A DNA stretch of 64,000 bases. Source: Heteronotia binoei. Lineage: Eukaryota. Positions 11,906 through 23,825 of this stretch are shown piece by piece (the stretch's first letter is position 1; the number at the start of each line of letters is the position of its first letter). The translations under genes were made by a program, and so were the position numbers. Location of the stretch: positions 46,500,001-46,564,000 of the forward strand of contig NC_083229.1 of the NCBI RefSeq assembly GCF_032191835.1. The letters are read 5' to 3'. The notes beneath the pieces are model-generated. The model saw only the letters and a program-made list of their open reading frames with translations, was not told the DNA's origin and made no database searches.

Positions 11906-14900
11906 CAAAGCATCCCCTTATTAAACACTTTGGCTACTGCAGATATGGACAAAACAATTACTTAAAAAAATCTTTATTCTAGACAGAGTGATTAAACGAG
12001 ACATTACATGGAAAATGCATGTATCAGTCTCCCTTTATTTCAAAAATATCCAAATCAGATCCAAAGGCTTCCATCAGGTGTGGTGAGAGAAGTGACTTAA
12101 AACTCTCACTTCCAGCTACTTTCCCAGCCATGGGGGCAGGGGAGAAGCATGGAAGAAAATTCCACTGGAATAAATGAGAATTGCTTCATCATAAATGAGG
12201 TCAGGATTGTGATCCTAGTCCTTGATATTAAACCAGCATAAGTGGAAGGACATCCGCTGAGAAGAGTTGTGAAATGCAGGCACTGCCCAATTCATGCTTA
12301 TAAGTATTGTACAGGTCCTTCCAGAAGGGTGAATGAATAGTGCTAGTATTTTCAGAAGACATTCTCCAGTCCCTAGTCAGAGTAAGATCCATGTGTATTT
12401 AGATTGACTTCTGGAGTAGCCAGTTCTCAACATAGCCTACGTTCATTATAAAACTAGAGCAGGAACACAATATTTTAATACAGCTACTTATTCAAGATTA
12501 CTTGGCACAGATTACTTGGCACAGATTTTTGTCAATGCTTGCTCTGTAAATTACAGCCTACAGTAGTATTCTTTATACAACAGATGCTGAAATTCTTCCA
12601 TTGAAGTAACAACATAGCAAATATTAATTTATTTTCACTTCACAAAGCTTCTTATCATTTGGAAAAATTGCATTCTATTTAGTTCATTTTTTAGGAGCAA
12701 ACTGGGCATTACAACAGTTCTTGAGCAAGCTAAGCCAAGTGAGCCCAGGGGTGGGGGGTACAAGTCTGCACCTGCTGCCATCATTGCCATAGTATGGTCC
12801 AAGCTGCATAGACCCTGCGACGCCACCAGCACCACAGGGCCACTTGGCTCGGCTTTCTCCTGCCCCCTATTAGTCCTCTAGAGGAATGGACCCTAGGGAA
12901 CTTTTCCTAGTAAATTAAAGGGCCGGTCCACTCCCATCAGTCTTCATTAAGTCACAAAACATCCCCAGGTTTAAAGGATAACATATCCATGAAGTTCTAT
13001 GTCACAATGAAGATGAAGGTGCATGGCATTTTATGTGATATATATTGCAGTTATATATATATAATTACGCTAGCACATCATGATCTGGTCATATGCATTT
13101 CTGCATATGGAAGGCCTTGTTGGCTCACAGAAGAACGATCACACAAGAACATTATGCAAGAAAAATCCAACTACATACAAAGGTGTACTTCCACACACAA
13201 GAAAAATCATGAGAATGGCTTTAGAATCTTCCTTTGTCCCCAGTGTGAGTTCTTGCCCAAGTTATTGTACAAACATCCAAGGAACAGTGCTAGGAGATAA
13301 CTTGTACCACTGATATATCCCAAATATCTTAATATATTAATTTATTTCGTTTTTATCCTGCTCTTTCTATAAGGAGCCCAGACAGAGTGGTCCCCTCCTC
13401 TTCCCATTTTATTATCATATGATAACATGATATGATATCATATGTTGTGACTACCCTGAGCTCACTTGTGTGGTATGGCAGCATATAAACCCAATCAAAT
13501 AAATAACAAACAAATAATCACAACACCCACTACCCCTTTACAACACAACCCATTGTGTCATCATGGAAATCAGTTCCGACTGTTAATGATTAAAACTATA
13601 CTTTCTTTTGATTTGAGGTTTGAGGTTCAGCAGAAATATTATAGGTTCAAGTATGTAGTTCTTTACAATAATGTGCTACAGGCCATGGGAGGTTTGCTAA
13701 AGTTAGAACATGCCTTTCTGCTTGTTTTTGAGCTTTGAATAACAAAGGCCTTTGGCTGAAATATTATCCATTGTGGCCAATTCTTTTTTTAATCTTAGAT
13801 CAGGTATGGACACTTGAGTTCAAAATACATGCACAAGTCAAATGTGAAGGCAGCACAGTTGTAAAATTTGACTTGGAAGAGAGAACAGGGAAGAGATCAG
13901 TCTGCTGCTTACTAGTATGTAAGGCACAAGGCATTTTGAAATGGCAGTCAGCCCCTTAGTTTTATTTCATTGGCATGCATAATAATGACATTATCCAGTA
14001 AACAGGGTAGGCTGTTACAATAGCCAGAGATAAAGAAGAAACATGATCCAGAAGAGACCACAAGAAATGAACTGTAAACATTCAATGTATCTTGAGTTTA
14101 ACTTTTTGACAGAGATCTTTGTTCATATCAAAGATTGATAGCAGCAACCTTAGAAGAACACTTTCAGTACTCAAAAACACTCATGAAATCTTGTTATACT
14201 GAATCAAGCCACTAATCCATCAAAGTAAGTGCTGTCTGTTCATATTGGCAGTAGCTCTCCAGCATCCTGGGACTAAGCCTTACTGAATAGGCTTGAGTTA
14301 GATTCTCAGTAGACCAGTTTAGGATTGCTCTCTCAGTCTCAAACTGGACATTATATTTGGTTCTGAGTCAACCTGGGGTTCATGGCCTAACAGAACGTCT
14401 AGGCTGGGGCCTTTGTGTTTTCCCTCTCTGATATTTTTTGTCTCCTGTTACAAGAGAGGGAGATAGATGACTGGAATGTTCTCTTGGAACAGAAAGGAAG
14501 TTCCTCTGGGAAATATTGCTCAGCTCAAACTTCATGATTACTTACATTCAAAATAAACACCATATCAGTACCTGTGGCATCACTAGCCATGTCAGGGTCA
14601 AATATTTACAGGTATTGAGTGTTCTTTACATTTCACTTCACACTTGGAAGAGCAGTCTGACATTTTCTCTGTAGTGTTCAAAGCATATGAGACCATTCCA
14701 TTTGCTTTGAATCACTCTTAGTAAGAGTAAAGAAGGTGGCCCCCATGGTAAACATGAAAACAGCATTCTAGGGCCATCTGCAGATGAGCTAGAAATTTCT
14801 ACATGTTTGGCGAACTCCCTAGGTATAATGATATGATTTTGTAAATTAATCAAAAGAGAAAAACAGAATAGAACCATGAGCCTGAATCTGGAAATGTTGG

Positions 14901-15131
14901 GAAATGGTTAAAGGTGGGGGGGGAGGGGGCTAGCCTGCACAAAATCCCAAGAGTTTATAGATTTCTAGAAGCAGAGATATTTTTTTTGGGGGGGGGGGGT
15001 TTTGGCCTCCTTATTGGCCTCCAACGTGTAAATAAATCATATTGATTCTTTCCTGCATCATACACAGCATCCAACTGGGTGCTGTTTCTTTTCTACATTT
15101 TCATTTTCTACAAATGAAAAGATTAAATACC

Positions 15132-15238
15132 CAGGACATTTTTTGTAGAAAAGTCCAGCAGGAACTCTTTTGCATATTAGGCCACACACTCTGACACCAA
15201 ACCAGTCAGAACTGCATTCCTGCTCAAAAAAAGCCCTG
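15132..15238. mobile_element. Short hAT-like MITE (CAGGGCTTTTTT TIR family)
   Basis: Ends ...AAAAAAAGCCCTG; related copies at 15521, 22868 and 36570. Confidence 0.65.
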
Positions 15239-15520
15239 CAAATCCCGAATCTGCCTACAATGCTCCCCCTGGGACATGGCAATGGCTATATTTTTAGAGT
15301 CTAAATAAAGGAGAAAGAGGATAAGAGAAGGTGAGAATGACCACACCATCCCCCAAGACCCAAATAATGGCTCTGGATGTGGGTTGTACCTGCATGATTC
15401 TTTCTACCAGTTGGTACTGTTTCCATGTGGCAGAGGTCACTGTACAGGCATTAGGACACTGGAGTTAATAGTGTCGGCTGTGCAATATAAGGAGCCTCAA
15501 AATCCTGCTTGTCCTGCTCA

Positions 15521-15719
15521 CAGGGCTTTTTTTGAGCAGGAACACACAGAAACACAGTTCCAGCTGGCTTGGCATCAATGGGTGTGGCCTAATATGCAAA
15601 AGAATTCCTGCTGGGCTTTTCCTGCAGAAAAGCCCTATGTGAAGCCATGGAGACATCAAGGGGTGTGGTCTAATATGCAGATGAGTTCATGCTGGGCTTT
15701 TGCTACAAAAAAAGCCCTG
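15521..15719. mobile_element. hAT-like MITE (CAGGGCTTTTTT TIR family)
   Basis: TIRs CAGGGCTTTTTTT / AAAAAAAGCCCTG; 8-bp TSD cctgctca / cctgttca (7 of 8 match). Confidence 0.8.
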
Positions 15720-15816
15720 CCTGTTCACATTACAGTAAATGCATGTACAATCAGCCTGTAAGAACACTTCAACACATATTCACTATACAAATGAAACTGG
15801 GGTCCAGGAAAAATTA

Positions 15817-16124
15817 GAGAGCTCCGTGGCACAGAGTGGTAAAGCTGCAGCACTGCAGTCAAACTCTTTGCTCACAACCTGAGTTTGATCCCGGTGGAAG
15901 CTGGATTCAGGTAGCCAGCTCAAGGTTGATTCAGCCTTCCATCCCTCTGAGGTCAGTAAAATGAGTACCCAGCTTGCTGGGGGGGGGGGGGGTGAAATGT
16001 AGATGACTGGGGAAGGCAATGGCAAACCATCCCATAAAAAGTTTGCCATGAAAACATCATGATGCGATGGCACCCAAGAGTCGGAAATGACTGGTGCTTG
16101 CACAGGGGACTACCTTTACCTTTT
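15817..16124 (+). mobile_element. Sauria-SINE-like element, near full length
   Basis: tRNA-like head GAGAGCTCCGTGGCACAGAGTGGTAAAG; 3' ACCTTTACCTTT tail typical of BovB/RTE-mobilised Sauria SINEs. Confidence 0.82.
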
Positions 16125-16572
16125 TGCCAGGATAAATATGGGGCTTAAATCACACATTCAGCTGTTCATATGCTGAACATAACCTAGGCAGTATGCAACG
16201 TACATATAAATTAAAAATCAACAGTACACTGTGCACCAATTGTACATGTGGTCACTATGACGTCAACAGGACTACCAAGGGAGGTAGGAAGGGAGGTTCT
16301 GCTGTCCCCTAATCCATAGTGCAGTAATAGATTTAGAGACAAATGCAAAAACTGAAGAGTTGCTGATAAAAAGATTGGAAATTGCAGAAGGCAAAGGGCT
16401 TCCTTTTTTCTCTCCTTCCCCTTGAACAATTGGGGGGAGGGAGACAAAGAAATTTTCTAAACTCCTTTGACTCTGCCAGCATCCCCCATAGTTCACTTCC
16501 CACCTCCCCAAATTTAGCTGAGATGTGCAATTGTTAATCACAATTATTTGCCCAAAGAAAACTGAAACTAAC

Positions 16573-16770
16573 CTGAACGATCAAAGGTGTCATCAAACGC
16601 GATCCGGCAAGTTTTTCCAGTGTTTGTTATGGTCTTGGATGCCCCTGGATCATAACTTGTAAACCAAGGTAGAAGAACGGGGTCTTTGAAGACATCTTTG
16701 GTAAGGATTGCAATTGGTGACTGATTATTTCCTTTGGCCAATGGGTAAGTTTCATGCCAACGATCAGGCC
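16573..16770 (-). CDS. CA3: Carbonic anhydrase 3-like, coding exon 2 (198 bp)
   Basis: ttttgattAG|GGCCTGAT...CGTTCAG|GTtagt; translates GPDRWHETYPLAKGNNQSPIAILTKDVFKDPVLLPWFTSYDPGASKTITNTGKTCRIAFDDTFDRS; K64/R67 (GKTCR) are diagnostic of CA3; conserved 198-bp size; not in the ORF track. Confidence 0.96.
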
Positions 16771-18051
16771 CTAATCAAAAGAAGCAAGGAAACTGTCATG
16801 GTCTGAGTAGATGCCAGAAGGTAAATACTGTGCAACAGTTCTCCTGCTTGTTTAGTTGCAAACTGTTCAGTGTTGCATTTGCAGCGTAATACCGTGTTCT
16901 GCTAGCTGCCATTCCTTATTAGGCAAGAATAGTTAATTACCAGCCAGGCATGCACAATTTTTATTTCATTGTAATATAAATGTAACCTGTAAAGTTATTG
17001 TTCTGCACTACTAAAAACTTCATGACTGGAAAAGATGAAGGGCTGAAGGTACAACCTGCCCAGTATCTCTGCTATGAATCCTCATTTATTTAAGGGAACT
17101 TGTACAAAAATATGTGGAAGTCCTACTGAAATGGATTGAACTAACACAGCTACAATTAGCAACTGGTGGAATGGTGCCCAGTTGTTTTTCACTGAATCAA
17201 TTATTTGATGAAATGCAGAAAGAAAAAATAGCTTAAGCAGCACTATGATTCATTTCACTTATTTGCAGAACGTGAATAGAATATATAGCATAGTCTAATG
17301 ACAGAGCACAAGATTCAGCTGTGTTACCTTTTTCATTCCCATTGATTTCAAAGTAAAGTATTTAAGCATTTGCTCACCTGGCCTATGAAAACAAATGGAT
17401 TTCAATAGTGTACAAATGTAGATCGATCATGCCCCAATCATTTCACAGTGACTCAATGTTTATTTACCAGAGTTTGGGGAGGAAAAAAAATAGAATCTGC
17501 TACACAAAAGTCAGGAACCTTTTGCAAGTAAGTACACTTGCAATTTCAATGTTTTTCAGGTGTTTAGTTCAATATCTTGAATGAGGACATGAAAGATGAG
17601 GACATCTGTTTTAAAAAAATATGGCAGTTAACAAAAATGAAAAAGAGAGAAACAATGTTTGAGCAACCTCTACCTTCTTATGCATCCATATAAATAACCA
17701 ACGTTTTTGAATCAAGCACCAGCACTGGTGTGGCTGGAGCACAGAAACAAGAACTTGAGAAGTGTCCTCCAAGGTCACACTCAACGTAGTCCCAGCCAGC
17801 CAGACATGCTGAAGCCAGCAAGATACTTCTGGGAAGCCTATAAGCAGAGCATAAAGACAACAGCTCCCTCCTGCTGTTACCTCCTGGCCACTAGTATTCT
17901 GTGGCATACTCCCTCTGATCCTGGAGGTGCTTTGGCTTGGACAGTTTAGCCCATTTTAAATCCTTCTAAACTAGTGCCCACAACCACACCTTATTGCAGT
18001 GTTAATAGTGATGACTTTCTAAAATGAGAATGACCACATTTAGAATAAGAG

Positions 18052-18330
18052 ATGGGATTTATAATACTACTTTTATAGCCCACCTTTCACTACCCGAAGG
18101 AGTCTCAGAGCAGCTTACAATCTCCTTTCCCTTCCCCTCCCCACAACCAACAGTCTGTGAGGTAGGTGGGGCTGAGAGAACTCTGACAGAAATTGCTCTT
18201 GAGAGAACAGCTTTGAGAAGACTTGTGGCTGACCCGAGGTCACATCAGCAGGTGTATGTGGAGAAGTGGGGAATTGAACCCGGTTCTCCCAGGTAAGAGT
18301 AACACACTTAATGACTACACCAGCTGGCTC
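18052..18330 (-). mobile_element. Squam3-like tRNA-derived SINE
   Basis: Reverse complement of the family at 41109-41391. Confidence 0.8.
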
Positions 18331-18654
18331 CCAACTTACTTAACTACATTTATTTTTCACTTTTCTCCTCCAAAGGTCCCAAAGCGATTTACAATGATAC
18401 AAAACTATAATCCAAATACAGCATTTAAAAGTACAATTTAAATAAGACCAAACCCTGGATCCATGTTCAAAGTCAAAGGTCATGAACCAGGAACCAAGAG
18501 TCTTTGGCTGTTGCTTTTCAGGTTGTGCCCAGTGGCTCAGGCCTGGACCTGCATTGAGACTTGACACTTAGAGACAGGAGGAGCAAACAAAAGCACAGAC
18601 TGGATGTTACAGCTAGCAGCAACGTTCTTGCCTAAAAGCCCCTGGTGGAAAGTG

Positions 18655-18800
18655 CCATCAAGTCACATAGGGGTTTCAAGGCAAGAGAGATTCTCCAGAT
18701 CATGACCCTTGGAGGTGTCCCATCCAAATACTAGCCAGGGCCAACCCTGATAAACTTCTGAGATTTGAAGAGATTGGGATAGCTTAGATTATCCAGGACT
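18655..18800 (-). mobile_element. 5S rRNA-derived SINE fragment
   Basis: 5S-like segment (reverse complement of ...CTGGCTAGTATTTGGATGGGACACC). Confidence 0.6.
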
Positions 18801-19855
18801 GAGCTACTTGGTTGGCTGGCTACCATCAAATGGCCAAGGCATACTTTAGTCGTTTAGAACAGAGTAATGTGACAGGAACACTAAAGAACTCAGAATGTTC
18901 TGAGGCTCAGAGTAATTCTTAGTCTGAAACTGAATGGAATTCTGGAAGTTGTACGTTGTGCTGGAGACAGAGAGATTTTGTGTCCTTGCAACTTGGCGGC
19001 TGCATTGTTTCCTGCCTTGAGTCCAAGGAAATAAGTTAGGATAGATATATTTCAAATAAAGAAGTAAATAACATAGCCATAAACTTACAAAAATACACAT
19101 ACGTAAAGAGGAAAACAAGTTCCTGCTGTGCTATGTACAAAAAAAAATTAGCCAGAACAGGCAAAAGATAGATCACCAGGAAAAGGTTAGATTTGCTAAG
19201 TTTCCCAGACTCTCATGCTACAGTGAATAAATTGGTCTTTATTATGGTACTCCACAGCTTTTTGTGGTTCCCTTGCTGTTGAAACGCCTAATGTTTCCCT
19301 AGAAACATATGCAGGGGTTTTTTTTGGTTAGTCTACATAACATGCAACTTGTGATTCTGTTTATTTAGTTGACTTTGTTATGTATAATGCTAAATAAATA
19401 TTTGTTGTTGTTTTGAAAAAAGTCTCTAGAAGCCCTGGATATGACCTCCCTCCGTTTATTCCACTGGGTGGTGTATTTTATCTGGCTGGGTTTCTCCCTC
19501 CTCCCCGCCCCCCCCCCACGAATTTTGGACTGTTATAAAACTTTAATTTTTTAAAAAAAATCTTATAATTGAAAACAAATTTGCTATTTCATGATAGCTG
19601 AATAGTGCTTTTAACAAGTATCCATATTGTAAATAAGCAGATACTGCACCGCGCGCACACCGGAACATCTTCGCAGGCCACTGGCCAGAGATGCTACTCT
19701 CTCCTCGCGTTGAGAAAGCCCTGCCTCAGCCAGACGCTGCGGCCAGAGAGTTCTGATCTCCGCGCTTGCCAGCCTCCCTTCCTCACCCCCCTTCCTAGAC
19801 TCAGGAGGGATACCGTCCGCTAAGCCACCTCCGGCCGAGGACTTCCGGAACTCAC

Positions 19856-19892
19856 CGTTTTCCTTGGAATAGCCCCACGGCTGCTGGGTCAT
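19856..19892 (-). CDS. CA3: Carbonic anhydrase 3-like, coding part of exon 1 (37 bp)
   Basis: gagacaATGACCCAGCAGCCGTGGGGCTATTCCAAGGAAAACG|GTgagt = MTQQPWGYSKEN-G; WGY motif; phase-1 donor joins in frame to exon 2. Confidence 0.93.
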
Positions 19893-19976
19893 TGTCTCCG
19901 CCTGAAGACTCGGCGCTTCGCAATCTGGCGCTGGCTTCTGCACCCGGGGAGCCGCGATCGTTGGGCGCCAGGGCCA

Positions 19977-19982
19977 TTTATA
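19977..19982 (-). promoter_or_regulatory. CA3: TATA box of the CA3-like gene
   Basis: ccctATAAAtggc on the minus strand (TATAAA), ~85 bp upstream of the ATG inside the CpG island. Confidence 0.7.
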
Positions 19983-22229
19983 GGGCTCGGCCAACGCCGA
20001 CCCTCTGCGTCTGGCTGAGGCAAAGGCATGCGGAGGGGAGGAGCGAGGAGCATCCGGCAGGGGCCCCCCAAATTAGTCTCAGAGGTTTCCCTTGCCGAGC
20101 CACCGTCCGCCAAGCTGCCGCGGGCTGGAGTTCAAACGGACCATTCTCCATCCTGCGCTCCGAGGAGCTAATAGGCAAATAATAGGATACGCCCGATTTA
20201 CATGCTGGCTGAGAGAGGCTCTTTGAATGGCGTTTTCTGGTTCGTTTCTCCAGTTCAGAAATAGCTAAAACCTGGACACTGTAAGGGAATTCCTTCCTCC
20301 CCAAAGCAGGAGTTTAAAACAACATCTACATCTGCTCAAATTAGATTTACATTCAAGTAGCCTATGAAATGTGATGATATAGAGGAAGGGTTAGAAACAT
20401 CATATATTATGTTTATTATATGAAATGTATGGTTTTCTACAGTTTTGTCCAGATCTATCTGAACTGATACCACCAGGAACTTCTATGAAACAAATGTTTG
20501 AAAGTTTCCTAACATGTGAACAGAACAGATTATATTACACAACCTAAGACACTGTGACAATATCAATATGAACAGATTTATTGGTTCATGTCATTTTCTC
20601 ACCGATAAGGACTTGAAGTGGATTTCATTGTCTCCTTTCCTCCATTTCAGCCTCACAATAACAGCGCTGTGAGGTAGGATAGGCGGAGAGTGTGGGAGTA
20701 GACCAAGGTCATCCCAGCAAGCTTCCCAGGCATAGTGAGGATTCAGACCTGGATTGGAACACCAGATCCTAGTCCAGCACTCTAACCAGCTATATCACAC
20801 TGACTCTCATACTATTTGTTAAAGATACAGTTGCTATCAAAGGTACAACATTTACCAAATGAAAGAAATTAGCCTAAACACTCTTAATTGATTTACAGTA
20901 CCAACACATGAGATATTTCTTACATTTCATCCTCTTTAAAAAGTAATCCACGGGAACACATGAAGCTGCCTTATCCTGAACCAGACCACTGGTCAAAGTT
21001 AATACTGTTTGTTGAGTGGTAGCAGCTCTCTGGGGTCTCAGGTAATCTTACATATATATAAAAGCCCTATGAAAATGGCCCAGTATGGCTCTCTCATTGG
21101 CTGTGATGTGAGTTGCATCAACCATTGGCCCATCAAACATCACTCAAGTGCACTTGTGTGGCATTAGCTGACTCCACTCCTCTCCCCCACCCACTGCCGG
21201 CCCAGGGTTGGGCCACTGGTGAACTGCTAGGCAGTGGCTGTTGCTAGGCAACCAATGTTGGTTCTCTCAGTAAAAAGCAACCAAACTTGGTTCTATCAGT
21301 AAAAGGCAGGATGGGGGAGGCCCTTTCCAGGCCTATTTTGGCCTTTAAGGGAGAACTCATTGGGCTCACTCCTGACTATGCTGCCAGTTCCAGGTTGATG
21401 GGAAATTCCTGGAGATTTTGTGGTGGAGTCTATGGAAGCCAGAGTTTAGGCAGGGGAGAAGCCTCAGGTGAATAGAATGCCATAGAGTCTACCCTCTGTT
21501 ATTTTCTCTGGGGGTGAGAGATCTGTTGTCTGGAGTTCAGTTGTGATACCAGGAGATCTTCAGACTCCACCTAGAAGTTTACTACCCTAGGCCTGGCTGC
21601 TTGCTACTGTTCAGCAGCAGCCAACCAACCATTTTCTCCTGAGGAGCCATTGCTGCCAATCTCCAGGTGAGAGCTGGAGTTCTCTCAAAATTACAGGTGC
21701 TTTCCAGATGGCAGAGATCAGCTCCCTTGAAGAAAATGGCTGCTTTGCAGGGTGGACTCTGTGTCATTATAACCTACTGAGGTTGCTTCTCTCCTGCATT
21801 GGTCCACACTGTGATTTAAGACTAGTCACAGACTTTCAGTTTAACTTACCTCACAGGGTTGTTGTGCAGACTAAAAGGTGGAGAGGAGAATGATGTAAGC
21901 TGCTTTGGTCCCCACTGTAGAGAAAGACTGTGCTTTTCCTAGGTGGAGGCTGTAGGGAGGGGGGAAATGGAAAGCTGAAATCAGATCAGTTCCCCTACAG
22001 AAAATGGCTGCTTTGAGTGGGTGGGAAGACAGCAGGGGCGCACTTGCCCAGAGTTTCTTACTAGAGCCTGTTGTATTTTTCTTCACAATGGGCCTTATTC
22101 CTATAATTAAATAATTATCATATGTCATTGTGTGTAAAGTAGCCAGAAGATCCTAAGGTTGTCTGGTAATCAGACATTCTAGCTCTTTTAGCATTATGCA
22201 CCACTAGATGGCAAGCTAGATTTATTTTT

Positions 22230-22385
22230 AAGGCAAGAGATGTTTCAGAGGTAGTTTGCCATTGCCTGCTTCCGCATCACAACCCTGGTATTCCTTGGAG
22301 GTTTCCTTCCAAATACTAGCCAAGGCCCTGATAAGCTTCTGAGATCTGACAGGATTGGGCTATCCTGGGCTATCCAGGTCAGGGC
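22230..22385 (-). mobile_element. 5S rRNA-derived SINE fragment
   Basis: Reverse complement of GATCTCAGAAGCTTATCAGGG...CTAGTATTTGGAAGG; same family as 8736-8942. Confidence 0.6.
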
Positions 22386-22867
22386 TTCATGGTTGACTGG
22401 GTCTTTTACATCACCTGCTACCTGAGCTTTTCACTGGAGATGCCAGCAATTGATTCTGACCTCTGTTTGCAATGCAAATGTTCCGCATCTGAGCCTGTCA
22501 AACATCTCCTTCCCAAACCCAATGTACCTAACAAATCTCTGCCACCATTCTAGCAAATCTGCCTACATTATGGATTGCAAACATAACTACCCAACATACT
22601 TTTAAAAATAAATCTTACAGACAAATTGCCCATCCTTCAAAAACAATGTAGCACAATGTTTGAGCTACACTGAAAGGTAACCATTTTAGTGTTTTCTTAG
22701 TAAGAAAGCTATCTTCACTATTAGCTGCAGATGATGCTTCACATAGTACATGATGCATATGCTGGGATATAGAAATTACTGAAAAAAGAAACTGAATCAA
22801 ATTTCAATGTGCTTCCTCAGTGAAACGGAGCAAGCTCTGTTTGTTGCTGTTGTTTGCAGTCAAGTCC

Positions 22868-22976
22868 AGGGCATTTTTGTAGAAAAAAGCCTAGCAGGAA
22901 CTCATTTGCATATTAGGCCACACACCCCTGACATCAAGCCAGCCAAAACTGTGTTCTTGCTTTTAAAAAGCCCTGA
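22868..22976. mobile_element. Short hAT-like MITE (CAGGGC family)
   Basis: CAGGGCATTTTTG...AAAAGCCCTG. Confidence 0.65.
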
Positions 22977-23825
22977 TCAAGTCACACCTGACTTAAATTG
23001 ACCCCATGGATTTTCAAGGCAAGAGATGCTCAGAAGTGGTTTACCATTGCCTGCCTCTACATTACAGCCCCCATATGATGACATCAGCAGAGATCAGGAC
23101 CATGGAGATAAACAAAACTGGAGGAAAATGACACACTCACTCTGTGTAGAAAATAATTCTCAGTGTAATCCACAATTTGCAATTTCTATGTGCTAATAAA
23201 CAATTTAGTAATACAAATAGCAAACCATCCTATGCACAACACAACTACTGTCCAAAGAACCATGCAACATTTAAACTGTAGTCCAAGAAATCATAAAAGA
23301 ACCAGTCCAATTTTGTTTCAGAAGTATCCTTCTTCAAGGGACCATCTTTTGTACTCATTAGATATGTCTAGTAAAGCAGAGAAGGTCTGGCATCTGACCA
23401 TGGGAAAAGCCTATCCAGGAGCTTGTGTTGGATGTACTTTTTGTCTCTTGATCTTCTCTTTTAAATGGGGAGAGTCTGTGACCAGATGGAGTGGGTTCCC
23501 TGAACAGCCTGTTGAACAACTGAACACTATGATAATCCTGCCACTTCCCTGTGTTTTAATAATTCATGCAGCTTTCAATTTACATTCCAGCCAACTTCTC
23601 AACTGGTTCCACCCTTCTAGGTCATTTTGGTAGATCCTACCACTCCACTGAGCAAAGTTTTTAAAAATTCATTTATTTATTAAAATATTTACATTCCACT
23701 TTTCCTTTCAGCTCAAGTTGAACATATTCCTCCAGTATAAGGAGCTTCCTCCAGTTTAAATGGCTCTTCAATTGAATGAAGAGCTGCTTAAGTTGGAAGA
23801 AGAGCTGCCTAATAGAAGGCTACTT

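Larger units (their letters stand above)
19620..20200. promoter_or_regulatory. CA3: CpG island over the CA3 promoter and exon 1
   Basis: Only non-repeat GC/CpG-rich stretch in an otherwise AT-rich, CpG-depleted window; overlaps exon 1. Confidence 0.8.

Noticed and set aside
12497-12530. Short direct duplications (ttacttggcacaga x2; also gacttaagcacttattaag at ~52888-52940)
   Set aside because: Ordinary slippage duplications; no element between them to make them TSDs of anything identifiable
19605-20304. Several overlapping 70-127 aa ORFs in the CpG island
   Set aside because: By-product of high GC (few stops); only the 37-bp CA3 exon 1 is supported
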